Origin: Escherichia coli
Lineage (GTDB): Bacteria; Pseudomonadota; Gammaproteobacteria; Enterobacterales; Enterobacteriaceae
Reading direction: 5' to 3' (one strand)
Assembly: GCF_044324875.1 (NCBI RefSeq)
Contig: NZ_CP172185.1
Length of the DNA: 64,000 nt
A program made the position numbers and the translations under genes. The first letter of the stretch is position 1. Every line of letters begins with the position of its first letter. The notes beneath the pieces were generated by a model. That model did not search any database. It was not told the origin of the DNA and worked only from the letters and a program-made list of their open reading frames with translations. Of the stretch, positions 24,131 to 33,483 are shown in pieces.

Positions 24131-26281
24131 ATGGATACTAAAAAGATATTCAAGCACATACCCTGGGTGATTCTCGGAATCATCGGTGCATTCTGCCTCG
24201 CGGTAGTTGCATTACGTCGGGGGGAGCACGTCAGCGCCCTGTGGATCGTGGTCGCCTCTGTGTCGGTGTATCTGGTGGCGTATCGCTACTACAGTCTGTA
24301 CATCGCCCAGAAGGTAATGAAACTCGACCCCACGCGCGCGACGCCTGCGGTTATTAACAACGACGGTCTGAACTACGTTCCGACCAACCGTTACGTGTTG
24401 TTTGGTCACCACTTCGCCGCTATCGCCGGTGCTGGTCCGCTGGTGGGTCCGGTTCTCGCCGCGCAGATGGGCTACCTGCCTGGCACGCTGTGGCTGCTGG
24501 CGGGGGTCGTGCTGGCCGGTGCAGTACAGGACTTTATGGTGCTGTTTATCTCCTCTCGCCGTAACGGCGCATCTCTCGGTGAGATGATCAAAGAAGAGAT
24601 GGGACCAGTACCGGGGACTATCGCGCTGTTTGGCTGTTTCTTAATCATGATCATCATCCTCGCCGTCCTGGCGCTGATTGTGGTTAAAGCCCTGGCCGAA
24701 AGTCCGTGGGGTGTCTTCACCGTTTGCTCAACCGTACCAATTGCGCTGTTTATGGGTATCTACATGCGCTTTATCCGTCCGGGGCGTGTGGGTGAAGTCT
24801 CTGTCATTGGTATCGTGCTGCTGGTTGCCTCTATCTACTTCGGTGGCGTGATTGCTCACGATCCGTACTGGGGTCCGGCACTGACCTTTAAAGACACCAC
24901 CATTACCTTCGCGCTGATTGGCTATGCGTTTGTTTCCGCGCTGCTGCCGGTGTGGCTGATCCTCGCACCACGCGACTATCTGGCAACCTTCCTGAAAATC
25001 GGCGTTATCGTCGGCCTGGCGCTGGGTATCGTGGTGCTGAACCCGGAACTGAAAATGCCTGCGATGACCCAGTACATTGACGGTACTGGCCCGCTGTGGA
25101 AAGGCGCTCTGTTCCCGTTCCTGTTCATCACCATCGCCTGTGGTGCGGTATCCGGCTTCCACGCGCTGATCTCTTCCGGTACGACGCCGAAACTGCTGGC
25201 TAACGAAACCGACGCGCGTTTCATTGGCTACGGCGCAATGCTGATGGAGTCCTTCGTGGCGATTATGGCGCTGGTTGCTGCGTCCATCATCGAACCGGGT
25301 CTTTACTTCGCGATGAACACCCCGCCTGCTGGCCTTGGCATCACCATGCCTAACCTGCATGAAATGGGTGGCGAGAACGCGCCGATCATCATGGCGCAGC
25401 TGAAAGACGTTACCGCACACGCGGCAGCGACCGTCAGCTCCTGGGGCTTCGTGATTTCACCAGAGCAGATCCTGCAAACCGCGAAAGACATTGGTGAGCC
25501 TTCTGTCCTGAACCGTGCAGGTGGTGCGCCGACGCTGGCGGTAGGTATCGCTCACGTGTTCCACAAAGTGCTGCCGATGGCTGACATGGGCTTCTGGTAT
25601 CACTTCGGTATTCTGTTCGAAGCCCTGTTTATCCTGACCGCGCTGGATGCGGGTACCCGTTCTGGCCGCTTTATGCTGCAAGACCTGCTGGGTAACTTCA
25701 TCCCGTTCCTGAAAAAAACCGACTCTCTGGTTGCTGGTATCATCGGTACTGCGGGTTGTGTGGGTCTGTGGGGCTACCTGCTGTATCAGGGCGTGGTCGA
25801 TCCGCTGGGCGGCGTTAAGAGCCTGTGGCCGCTGTTCGGTATCTCCAACCAGATGCTGGCAGCCGTAGCGCTGGTACTGGGCACCGTTGTGCTGATTAAG
25901 ATGAAGCGCACCCAATACATCTGGGTAACTGTTGTTCCGGCTGTATGGCTGCTTATCTGCACCACCTGGGCGCTGGGCCTGAAACTGTTCAGCACCAACC
26001 CGCAGATGGAAGGCTTCTTCTACATGGCGAGCCAGTACAAAGAGAAGATTGCTAACGGTACTGACCTGACGGCGCAGCAGATTGCCAACATGAACCACAT
26101 CGTTGTGAATAACTACACCAACGCAGGTCTGAGTATTCTGTTCCTGATTGTGGTGTACAGCATCATCTTCTACGGTTTCAAAACCTGGCTTGCGGTGCGT
26201 AACAGCGACAAACGTACTGACAAAGAAACACCGTACGTTCCTATCCCGGAAGGCGGCGTGAAGATCTCTTCGCATCACTAA
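24131..26281 (+). CDS. btsT: Pyruvate:H+ symporter BtsT (CstA family)
   Basis: 716 aa from MDTKKIFKHIPW; many TM segments. Confidence 0.9.
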   Translation: MDTKKIFKHIPWVILGIIGAFCLAVVALRRGEHVSALWIVVASVSVYLVAYRYYSLYIAQKVMKLDPTRATPAVINNDGLNYVPTNRYVLFGHHFAAIAGAGPLVGPVLAAQMGYLPGTLWLLAGVVLAGAVQDFMVLFISSRRNGASLGEMIKEEMGPVPGTIALFGCFLIMIIILAVLALIVVKALAESPWGVFTVCSTVPIALFMGIYMRFIRPGRVGEVSVIGIVLLVASIYFGGVIAHDPYWGPALTFKDTTITFALIGYAFVSALLPVWLILAPRDYLATFLKIGVIVGLALGIVVLNPELKMPAMTQYIDGTGPLWKGALFPFLFITIACGAVSGFHALISSGTTPKLLANETDARFIGYGAMLMESFVAIMALVAASIIEPGLYFAMNTPPAGLGITMPNLHEMGGENAPIIMAQLKDVTAHAAATVSSWGFVISPEQILQTAKDIGEPSVLNRAGGAPTLAVGIAHVFHKVLPMADMGFWYHFGILFEALFILTALDAGTRSGRFMLQDLLGNFIPFLKKTDSLVAGIIGTAGCVGLWGYLLYQGVVDPLGGVKSLWPLFGISNQMLAAVALVLGTVVLIKMKRTQYIWVTVVPAVWLLICTTWALGLKLFSTNPQMEGFFYMASQYKEKIANGTDLTAQQIANMNHIVVNNYTNAGLSILFLIVVYSIIFYGFKTWLAVRNSDKRTDKETPYVPIPEGGVKISSHH

Positions 26282-26290
26282 CCGTGTTTA

Positions 26291-26317
26291 GCCCCGCTTC
26301 GGCGGGGCTTTGTTCTT
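26291..26317 (+). terminator. Rho-independent terminator (gccccgcttcggcggggc + tttgttctt) after btsT
   Basis: GC-rich hairpin with GCTTCG-type loop followed by a T-rich tract. Confidence 0.65.
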
Positions 26318-26330
26318 ATCAGAGTGAACT

Positions 26331-26534
26331 ATGTTTGGTAACTTAGGACAGGCAAAAAAATATCTCGGCCAGGCGGCGAAGATGTTGATTGGCATTCCAG
26401 ACTACGACAACTACGTCGAGCATATGAAGACCAACCATCCCGACAAGCCGTACATGAGCTATGAAGAATTCTTCCGCGAACGCCAGAACGCGCGCTACGG
26501 CGGCGATGGTAAAGGCGGTATGCGCTGTTGTTAA
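26331..26534 (+). CDS. yjiX: Small conserved protein YjiX (DUF466)
   Basis: 67-aa ORF immediately downstream of btsT. Confidence 0.8.
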
Positions 26535-26544
26535 TGGAGAGAGC

Positions 26545-27501
26545 ATGAACCCGATTGCAGTTACCCTACTCACCGGTTTTTTAGGCGCGGGCAAAACTAC
26601 CCTGCTGCGCCATATTCTTAACGAACAACACGGCTACAAGATTGCCGTGATTGAAAACGAATTCGGCGAAGTCTCCGTTGATGATCAACTGATTGGCGAC
26701 CGCGCCACGCAGATCAAAACGCTGACCAACGGCTGCATCTGCTGTTCGCGCTCCAACGAGCTGGAAGACGCACTACTCGACCTGCTGGATAATCTCGACA
26801 AGGGCAATATTCAGTTCGACCGTCTGGTCATTGAATGCACCGGCATGGCCGATCCCGGCCCGATTATTCAGACCTTTTTCTCCCATGAGATTTTATGCCA
26901 GCGCTACCTGCTGGACGGCGTGATTGCGCTGGTGGACGCGGTACATGCCGATGAGCAGATGAACCAGTTCACCATCGCCCAGTCACAAGTGGGCTACGCC
27001 GACCGTATTCTGCTGACTAAAACCGACGTCGCAGGCGAAGCAGAAAAACTGCGCGAACGCCTGGCACGCATCAACGCCCGCGCACCGGTCTACACCGTCA
27101 CCCACGGCGACATCGACCTGGGCCTGCTGTTCAACACCAACGGTTTTATGCTGGAAGAAAACGTCGTCAGCACCAAACCGCGTTTCCACTTTATCGCGGA
27201 TAAACAAAACGATATTTCGTCGATTGTGGTGGAACTGGATTACCCGGTAGATATCAGCGAAGTTTCCCGCGTGATGGAAAACCTGCTGCTGGAATCGGCA
27301 GATAAACTGCTGCGTTACAAAGGGATGCTATGGATTGACGGCGAACCTAACCGCCTGCTGTTCCAGGGCGTCCAGCGCCTCTACAGCGCCGACTGGGACA
27401 GGCCGTGGGGCGATGAAAAACCGCATAGCACGATGGTGTTTATCGGGATTCAGCTGCCGGAGGATGAGATTCGGGCAGCGTTTGCGGGGTTGAGGAAGTA
27501 A
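26545..27501 (+). CDS. yjiA: CobW/P47K-family GTPase YjiA
   Basis: 318 aa from MNPIAVTLLTGFLGAGKTTLL (Walker A). Confidence 0.85.
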   Translation: MNPIAVTLLTGFLGAGKTTLLRHILNEQHGYKIAVIENEFGEVSVDDQLIGDRATQIKTLTNGCICCSRSNELEDALLDLLDNLDKGNIQFDRLVIECTGMADPGPIIQTFFSHEILCQRYLLDGVIALVDAVHADEQMNQFTIAQSQVGYADRILLTKTDVAGEAEKLRERLARINARAPVYTVTHGDIDLGLLFNTNGFMLEENVVSTKPRFHFIADKQNDISSIVVELDYPVDISEVSRVMENLLLESADKLLRYKGMLWIDGEPNRLLFQGVQRLYSADWDRPWGDEKPHSTMVFIGIQLPEDEIRAAFAGLRK

Positions 27502-27512
27502 TTTTGGATGAT

Positions 27513-27545
27513 GGCCGCCATGTGGCGGCCTGAATTATTTTTTGT
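27513..27545. terminator. Hairpin (ggccgccatgtggcggcc) followed by a T-run at the yjiA 3' end, overlapping the 3' end of the convergent antitoxin-like gene
   Basis: Inverted repeat plus tgaattattttttgtt directly read. Confidence 0.5.
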
Positions 27546-27837
27546 TCTGATCGCGCAGCATCGCTTCACGTAAAATTGCGTTCAGGCGAGTTTGATAGCC
27601 TTTACCTGGTCGCTTCAACCATTCCATCACATCAGCATCAATACGCACCGAAGCCTGAGTTTTCAATGGCCGATAAAACTTACCGCGTTCTGCGTTAGAC
27701 CATTGCTCATCGCTGGAAGGTGGGATATCGCTGTAATCAATCTCTTCGTCGGATTTATTCGCCAGCGCCTTCAGTTCGGCCTCATGTTGCACATCGAGTG
27801 TAGAGGAGGTCCCTCGTTTATGTTTAACCATGCTCAT
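27535..27837 (-). CDS. BrnA-like antitoxin-family protein (DUF4415/COG3514-like)
   Basis: C-terminal pattern ...SDIP...ERGKFYRP...VRIDADVMEWLKRPGKGYQTRLNAILREAM typical of BrnA/DUF4415; start chosen at the internal ATG preceded by a GAGGAG Shine-Dalgarno (100 aa) rather than the 122-aa track ORF. Confidence 0.6.
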   Translation of the reverse strand: MSMVKHKRGTSSTLDVQHEAELKALANKSDEEIDYSDIPPSSDEQWSNAERGKFYRPLKTQASVRIDADVMEWLKRPGKGYQTRLNAILREAMLRDQNKK

Positions 27838-27975
27838 AGCGACTCCTCTCTTTACGATCTGCTTTTCGTGCACTGATGATTCGAATGTTGGAAATAGCAT
27901 CACGTTTTAGGAAAAGATGGGGAAGTTGATATGAAAGGGCTGGATGGCAACATTGGGACACCATCCAGCACTTAT

Positions 27976-28710
27976 TCAAACCTGATAGCAATCCACCAAA
28001 AATGCCATCATTTCACTGGCATCTTTGCTGTGATAAAAGCGCACCATTTTGCTGTTGAACTCCAGCGCACGAGCTGCGGGTACACTAATTGGATTGTAAC
28101 CGTGGCGCATTAACCAGCCGTTCATCATATGGCGACTGGTACGCTTGTTGCCATCAAAGAAAAACTGAAAATAAGCACCAAATAAAAACATTGCCAGCGC
28201 CCCTTCGAACGGTGGCATCTCTTTTATTTGTGCCACACCTGCGGCGAATATTCGATTCAGTTCAGGTGCACCTGCTTCAGTGGCTGGTGGAAAATGGGTG
28301 CCCAGTTCACCGAGATGAACGCGCGCATTGTAATGCAACTCTTCACCTTCGCCGCGAAAAACGCCCCACTCCAGCGCCTCATTACGCGCAATAATGCCGT
28401 TAAGCAACGTGAACGTTTTCTTATCAAGATCGAAACGCCCGGATTGCACAAGTTCAATCAGTTTTTTTGCGCTATCTGCCAGGTTCAACACCTGCTCAGT
28501 ATCACTGACCTTATGCCCGCCAACGGTGACGCCATCGAGCAGCGTTTTAACTTCAACAAAGGTATAGGGGTTATTTTCCAGTTGCGCGGCATCCCAGACA
28601 AACCCTGCCATATGCGTTTTGAAGGTAAACAAGGCCGCGCGCGTACCGACAATTTGCATCGCCGGGATGGCATTTGCATTCCAGCTCAGGTCCAGTAGTT
28701 TGGTTGTCAT
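27976..28710 (-). CDS. Fic/Doc-fold protein with non-canonical active-site motif QFFFDGNKRTSR (Doc-like xFxDGNKR, His replaced by Gln)
   Basis: Motif comparison with Fic HPFx(D/E)GNGRxxR and Doc HxFx(D/N)(A/G)NKR; AAGGA ribosome-binding site upstream. Confidence 0.55.
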   Translation of the reverse strand: MTTKLLDLSWNANAIPAMQIVGTRAALFTFKTHMAGFVWDAAQLENNPYTFVEVKTLLDGVTVGGHKVSDTEQVLNLADSAKKLIELVQSGRFDLDKKTFTLLNGIIARNEALEWGVFRGEGEELHYNARVHLGELGTHFPPATEAGAPELNRIFAAGVAQIKEMPPFEGALAMFLFGAYFQFFFDGNKRTSRHMMNGWLMRHGYNPISVPAARALEFNSKMVRFYHSKDASEMMAFLVDCYQV

Positions 28711-28753
28711 TAGAGGATCCTTGATTGCATGGTAAAGAGGATATTATTCCATA

Positions 28754-30853
28754 TTAAACCATCGCGTTATCCATCTGCTTTTCAAATGCCTGACGAATTA
28801 ATCCCATCACATAAGGAAGCTCAGAAAGATCGCTGAAACCTACTTCAACATCGCCATTGCCCCAACGGCCTATATCTGTGACATCTTTAGCCATACATTT
28901 TGGGTCAACCAGTTCATGAAATGGCATATTTAGTGATAAACGTAAGCGACTTTTTTGCGGCACCACATCAACAAAATTCGTCTCCGCTTTGAAGGCAACA
29001 TAGAGCTTAAATATTTCTCGCGTAACCCCAGCGTCCAGCGCCATAACGGCATCAGAAAGGCTGTCAAAAAGTACGCGGATATGCGTACCTTCTTCAAGTT
29101 GTGGGAAATCAGCAAGGACATATCCCGTTCCTCGTTCAACGACAGTGCGATAACGAGCCAACACGTCTTCCGAAAGTTTGGGGATCGCCCAGACGTCTAT
29201 TGCCAGCTCGGCCAGACGTTCCGCTCTCTTTTGTATCGCTGCACGATCCCATATTTCACATTGCCCTAACCCCGTGTTCAGGCGTAATGGACTTTCCTTA
29301 AAGCCACCTTTTATATCTCGCTTCTTCGCAAATGGACGGTCGCTGTAGCTTGAGTTATAGCCAGTTAACGTTAAATTACCCAACGTATGGAGCCACTTTT
29401 TATGGATTCGCTTCCATTCCGGACCAAGGTCATCGCGCCACTTCGCCGATAAATTAGGGTTCTGCGGCATGATATGTTCAATCGTATAAGTGTCAACATA
29501 GGCCCGTTCTTTACGATCGTGGTTTTCAAATCTACGTAGCCAATAGCTGCGATTACGGAAGTTGTAGAGGTCGCGAGTTTTCAGTTCACGTTGAAATTCA
29601 TCATCATCCGGGAAACGACGGTAGGAAGGCAGTTCCAGCAAATGTGCCGCAATGCTCTCCAGATAACGCTCTTTATCCAGCACTTTGTAAAACGTGGCGA
29701 AGGTTTTAGTAAATGAGTTAGTGGGAATGGCACAGACTGCGCGCCGGAAGATATACGACTCAATTAAACGCGTGGCACTTAAAAAATCCGCGGCAGAAAG
29801 AATTCCCTGTTTATAGTCATGATAAAGCACCAACAGGAACGGCCAGGCAGCATCGACTTTCAGCTCGCGTAGATCCTGAAATGCCATCTTTAAGGTTTTA
29901 TCCTTTTCGCTATCCAGCGCCATCGCACAAAAATAGTCAGCAAACGTACGAATATCCGCAACCAGCGCCCCCATCCCGCGATCCATCACTCCTGGTTTTC
30001 GCGCATAGCGTTTAAAGGCTTCATAGACATCACCAATTCGCGGAATCTCACCTGTTTTTACCGTCAGATAATTACGCATAAAACTGTCGAAATAGTCAGT
30101 GTATCCCTTCTGACCAAACGCCAGCTCCATGGGCCGCGAGTAATCGTCGTACAGTTGGCTTTGATGTTCTGGCTCCAGCCCCATCAGAACATAGTTGCGA
30201 ACCAGATCCGCCTGACTCAGCGCTTTTCCTGTTGAGTTCATGCTTTCGAAGATTAGTTGCGGATTATCCTGACCGCGATTCAAGGCGACATCCACAATCA
30301 GCAGTTTGGAAAGTCCCTGACATAACGCGGTGAAATTGCCGTGGAGTTTGCCTATTTGCTCATGGAAAAACTCAAAATTCTCTTTCACGCGTAGAGAGCA
30401 ATTTTCTGCCAGCGGTTTTTGTCTAATCAATGCCAGCAGGCTTTCTCTGTCCGTTTGCGTGAGCAGTAACTTAAAACCACGCTCGCCCGATTCATACGGA
30501 TTGAGCAGATAATAGTTTCGTAATTTCATGGCGGAGAAACCATCCATCACCTCGTCATCGCCAAGATGTCTGGACAACGCTTCCAGCAATAACATCGCCG
30601 TTGTCAGGCGTTGCTGACCGTCAATCACCAGTAATGGCGAAATCCCCGAAACCTGATATATGCCCTGTTCGATATACACCACCGAGCCGATGAAATGCGC
30701 CGGGATATCATCACGCTGCCCGGCACGTATTACATCGTCCCAGAGCTGGCGGCACTGTTCCTCTGACCATGAATAAGTACGCTGATAAATGGGAATAACG
30801 AATTGCTGAGAGCGTTTTAGAAAATCGAGTAATCGGGCTTCGGTGGCTTTCAT
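28754..30853 (-). CDS. GmrSD-like type IV (modification-dependent) restriction endonuclease, DUF262 (ParB-like NTPase) + DUF1524 (His-Me finger nuclease)
   Basis: N-terminal DGQQR motif (LLVIDGQQRLTT), C-terminal HIMPQNP His-Me-type motif; 699 aa; AGGAG ribosome-binding site. Confidence 0.7.
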   Translation of the reverse strand: MKATEARLLDFLKRSQQFVIPIYQRTYSWSEEQCRQLWDDVIRAGQRDDIPAHFIGSVVYIEQGIYQVSGISPLLVIDGQQRLTTAMLLLEALSRHLGDDEVMDGFSAMKLRNYYLLNPYESGERGFKLLLTQTDRESLLALIRQKPLAENCSLRVKENFEFFHEQIGKLHGNFTALCQGLSKLLIVDVALNRGQDNPQLIFESMNSTGKALSQADLVRNYVLMGLEPEHQSQLYDDYSRPMELAFGQKGYTDYFDSFMRNYLTVKTGEIPRIGDVYEAFKRYARKPGVMDRGMGALVADIRTFADYFCAMALDSEKDKTLKMAFQDLRELKVDAAWPFLLVLYHDYKQGILSAADFLSATRLIESYIFRRAVCAIPTNSFTKTFATFYKVLDKERYLESIAAHLLELPSYRRFPDDDEFQRELKTRDLYNFRNRSYWLRRFENHDRKERAYVDTYTIEHIMPQNPNLSAKWRDDLGPEWKRIHKKWLHTLGNLTLTGYNSSYSDRPFAKKRDIKGGFKESPLRLNTGLGQCEIWDRAAIQKRAERLAELAIDVWAIPKLSEDVLARYRTVVERGTGYVLADFPQLEEGTHIRVLFDSLSDAVMALDAGVTREIFKLYVAFKAETNFVDVVPQKSRLRLSLNMPFHELVDPKCMAKDVTDIGRWGNGDVEVGFSDLSELPYVMGLIRQAFEKQMDNAMV

Positions 30854-31137
30854 GAATGACTCCTGTCAAATTGCGCTGGCAAACGGTGTCATTATGCTGC
30901 GAATAAAAAATAAAAGTTAGCGTCTTTGTTTCTGCAAAAATACCATTCCAGGATAAATCAAAATATATTAAGAAACACCTCAAAACGCATTCATTAGAAC
31001 AATTAATATTTTCAATTCATATTTATAACGCATTGAAAATGATCGTGTTTTTGATCATCACAGCAATAGTTTGATATAACAAAGCATTCACTTCACATTG
31101 AATATCTCCCTCTTTTTCAGGGCAAGGAATGCTTTTT

Positions 31138-33483
31138 ATGTCATCAACTAATTTCAGTCAGATTGCAGCCTTCCTGTGGTCTGTCGCCGACCTGTTACGC
31201 GGCGATTTTAAACAATCACAATATGGGCGAATTATTCTCCCTTTCACTCTTCTTCGTCGTCTGGAATGCGTACTCGAAACAACGAAAGACGCGGTCATTG
31301 CCGAGGCGCAAAAAGTAAAAGCCATGAAACTGCCGGAGGAAGCCCAGGAGAAAATGATCCTGCGGGCGACTAATGGCCTCACGTTCTTTAATGCCTCAGC
31401 GATGGATCTCAGCAAAATGGGGCAAAATGGCATACAGGACAACCTGGAAAACTACATCCAGTCGTTCTCTTCGGATGCCCGCGAAATTTTCGAACACTTC
31501 AAGTTCAGCGAGTTTGTCGGACAGCTGGCGGATGCGAACTTGCTGTTCAAAGTGGTGCAAATATTCGCTAAAGCAGATTTATACCCGGAGCACGTCACCA
31601 ACCACGATATGGGGCTGGTGTTTGAGGAGCTGATCCGCCGTTTTGCCGAGAGTTCAAACGAAACCGCCGGGGAGCACTTTACCCCGCGTGATATCGTCAA
31701 TCTGACCACCTCGCTGGTGTTTTTCGATGATGATGATGCGCTCAATAAAGACGGCATCATCCGCACCATTTACGATCCAACGGCAGGAACCGGCGGCTTT
31801 CTCTCCTCCGGCATGGAGTACGTCCATAAACAAAACCCCAATGCCGTGATGCGCGCGTTTGGTCAGGAGTTAAACCCGGAATCCTACGCCATCTGCAAAG
31901 CCGACATGCTGATTAAGGGCCAGGACGTCAGCCTTATCAAACTCGGCAATACCCTTTCCAACGATCAACTCCCCGCAGAAAAATTTGATTACATGCTTTC
32001 TAATCCACCTTTCGGCGTGGACTGGAAAAAGATAGAAACCGACATCAACAACGAGCACAAACTCAAAGGTGCTGATGGTCGCTTTGGCCCCGGCCTGCCC
32101 CGCGTCTCTGACGGTTCGTTGCTGTTTCTGCTGCACCTGATCAGCAAAATGCGCGATGCCAAAAGCGGTGGCGGGCGGATCGGCATCATTCTTAATGGTT
32201 CCCCATTATTTACCGGCGGCGCGGGCAGCGGTGAAAGCGAGATCCGCCGCTACATTCTGGAAGCGGATTTGCTGGAAGGCATTATCGCCCTGCCCACCGA
32301 CATGTTTTACAACACCGGTATCGCTACCTATGTTTGGGTGCTGTCCAACAAAAAAGCGCCAGAACGCAAAGGCAAAGTCCAGCTTATCGACGGCAGCAAC
32401 CTGTGCGGCAAGATGCGTAAATCGCTGGGGTCAAAACGCAATATTCTCGGAGACGAGGATATTGGTTTAATCACCCGCACGTTTGGCGATTTCGAACCCG
32501 TTGCCACCACTACGCTTGCGGCGTTAGGCCTGGAGAAAGCACCCGAACAAAAATCCAGCCGGGGACGCCAGCCCGCAACAACCAAAACCGAGGCGGCAAA
32601 AACTTTTGCCAGCAAAGTCTTTCACAGCACCGAGTTTGGCTATCGTCGCATCACCGTTGAGCGCCCGTTACGCCTGTCGGCTCAGATAAGTGATGACGCC
32701 ATTGCCACATTACGTTTTGCGCCGAAGCCGTTTAACGCTCCGATGGCGCAACTGTATGACGCCTTTGCTTTCCAGTGGCAGGACGGTCATTACGGCGACT
32801 TAACAGCGGTAGAAAGTGAAGCCCGCGCCATTCTTAAAGCCGATTTTAGCGAGCTGAAAGAGAAGCAAATTAAAGATCTGCTCGACAGCAAATTATGGCT
32901 GGCCCAGCGCGGGTTAATGGAAAAAGCGCGGCGTATTCAGGCGGCGATGGGTATGCAGGCGGGCGGCAAAGACACCGTTAGCAATGACTTTAATCAGTTC
33001 CAGTTGACGCTGAAAGAGGCGTTCAAAACCGCAGGCGTGAAGCTGGATGCGAAAGAGAACAAGCAGTTTATCGATGCTATCACCCGCAAAAACCCGGACG
33101 CCGAGCCGGTAGTCAGCAAGGTACTGAAAGAAGCGGCCCAACCGTTGTACGGCGCGTTTGAGTACCACGGAAAGGTTGTGGAGTTTGAGCCGGATGGCGA
33201 CCTGCGTGATAACGAGAATGTGCCGTTAAATCCGGCGGTATCTACCAGCGAGTTGATCGAGGGTTACTTCAAAGCAGAAGTATTGCCGCACGTCGCGGAT
33301 GCGTGGATTAACGCCGATAAGCGCGATGCGAAAGATGGGGATATCGGGATTGTGGGGTATGAAATTCCGTTTAATCGCCATTTTTATGTTTATCAACCGC
33401 CAAGGCCGCTGGAGGAGATTGATGCGGATCTGGATGCAGTAAGCGCTGAAATTATGAAACTGTTGCAGGAGGTACATTCCTGA
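31138..33483 (+). CDS. hsdM: Type I restriction-modification system methyltransferase subunit HsdM (unusually long, ~781 aa)
   Basis: N6-adenine MTase motifs ([10 protein letters not shown] motif I, NPPFG motif IV); canonical HsdM N- and C-termini; start placed at the ATG 9 nt downstream of AAGGAA. Confidence 0.9.
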   Translation: MSSTNFSQIAAFLWSVADLLRGDFKQSQYGRIILPFTLLRRLECVLETTKDAVIAEAQKVKAMKLPEEAQEKMILRATNGLTFFNASAMDLSKMGQNGIQDNLENYIQSFSSDAREIFEHFKFSEFVGQLADANLLFKVVQIFAKADLYPEHVTNHDMGLVFEELIRRFAESSNETAGEHFTPRDIVNLTTSLVFFDDDDALNKDGIIRTIYDPTAGTGGFLSSGMEYVHKQNPNAVMRAFGQELNPESYAICKADMLIKGQDVSLIKLGNTLSNDQLPAEKFDYMLSNPPFGVDWKKIETDINNEHKLKGADGRFGPGLPRVSDGSLLFLLHLISKMRDAKSGGGRIGIILNGSPLFTGGAGSGESEIRRYILEADLLEGIIALPTDMFYNTGIATYVWVLSNKKAPERKGKVQLIDGSNLCGKMRKSLGSKRNILGDEDIGLITRTFGDFEPVATTTLAALGLEKAPEQKSSRGRQPATTKTEAAKTFASKVFHSTEFGYRRITVERPLRLSAQISDDAIATLRFAPKPFNAPMAQLYDAFAFQWQDGHYGDLTAVESEARAILKADFSELKEKQIKDLLDSKLWLAQRGLMEKARRIQAAMGMQAGGKDTVSNDFNQFQLTLKEAFKTAGVKLDAKENKQFIDAITRKNPDAEPVVSKVLKEAAQPLYGAFEYHGKVVEFEPDGDLRDNENVPLNPAVSTSELIEGYFKAEVLPHVADAWINADKRDAKDGDIGIVGYEIPFNRHFYVYQPPRPLEEIDADLDAVSAEIMKLLQEVHS

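Noticed and set aside
24728-26278. 230-aa and 273-aa minus-strand ORFs
   Set aside because: Antisense to btsT; long antisense frames are common in GC-rich membrane-protein genes. No independent support.
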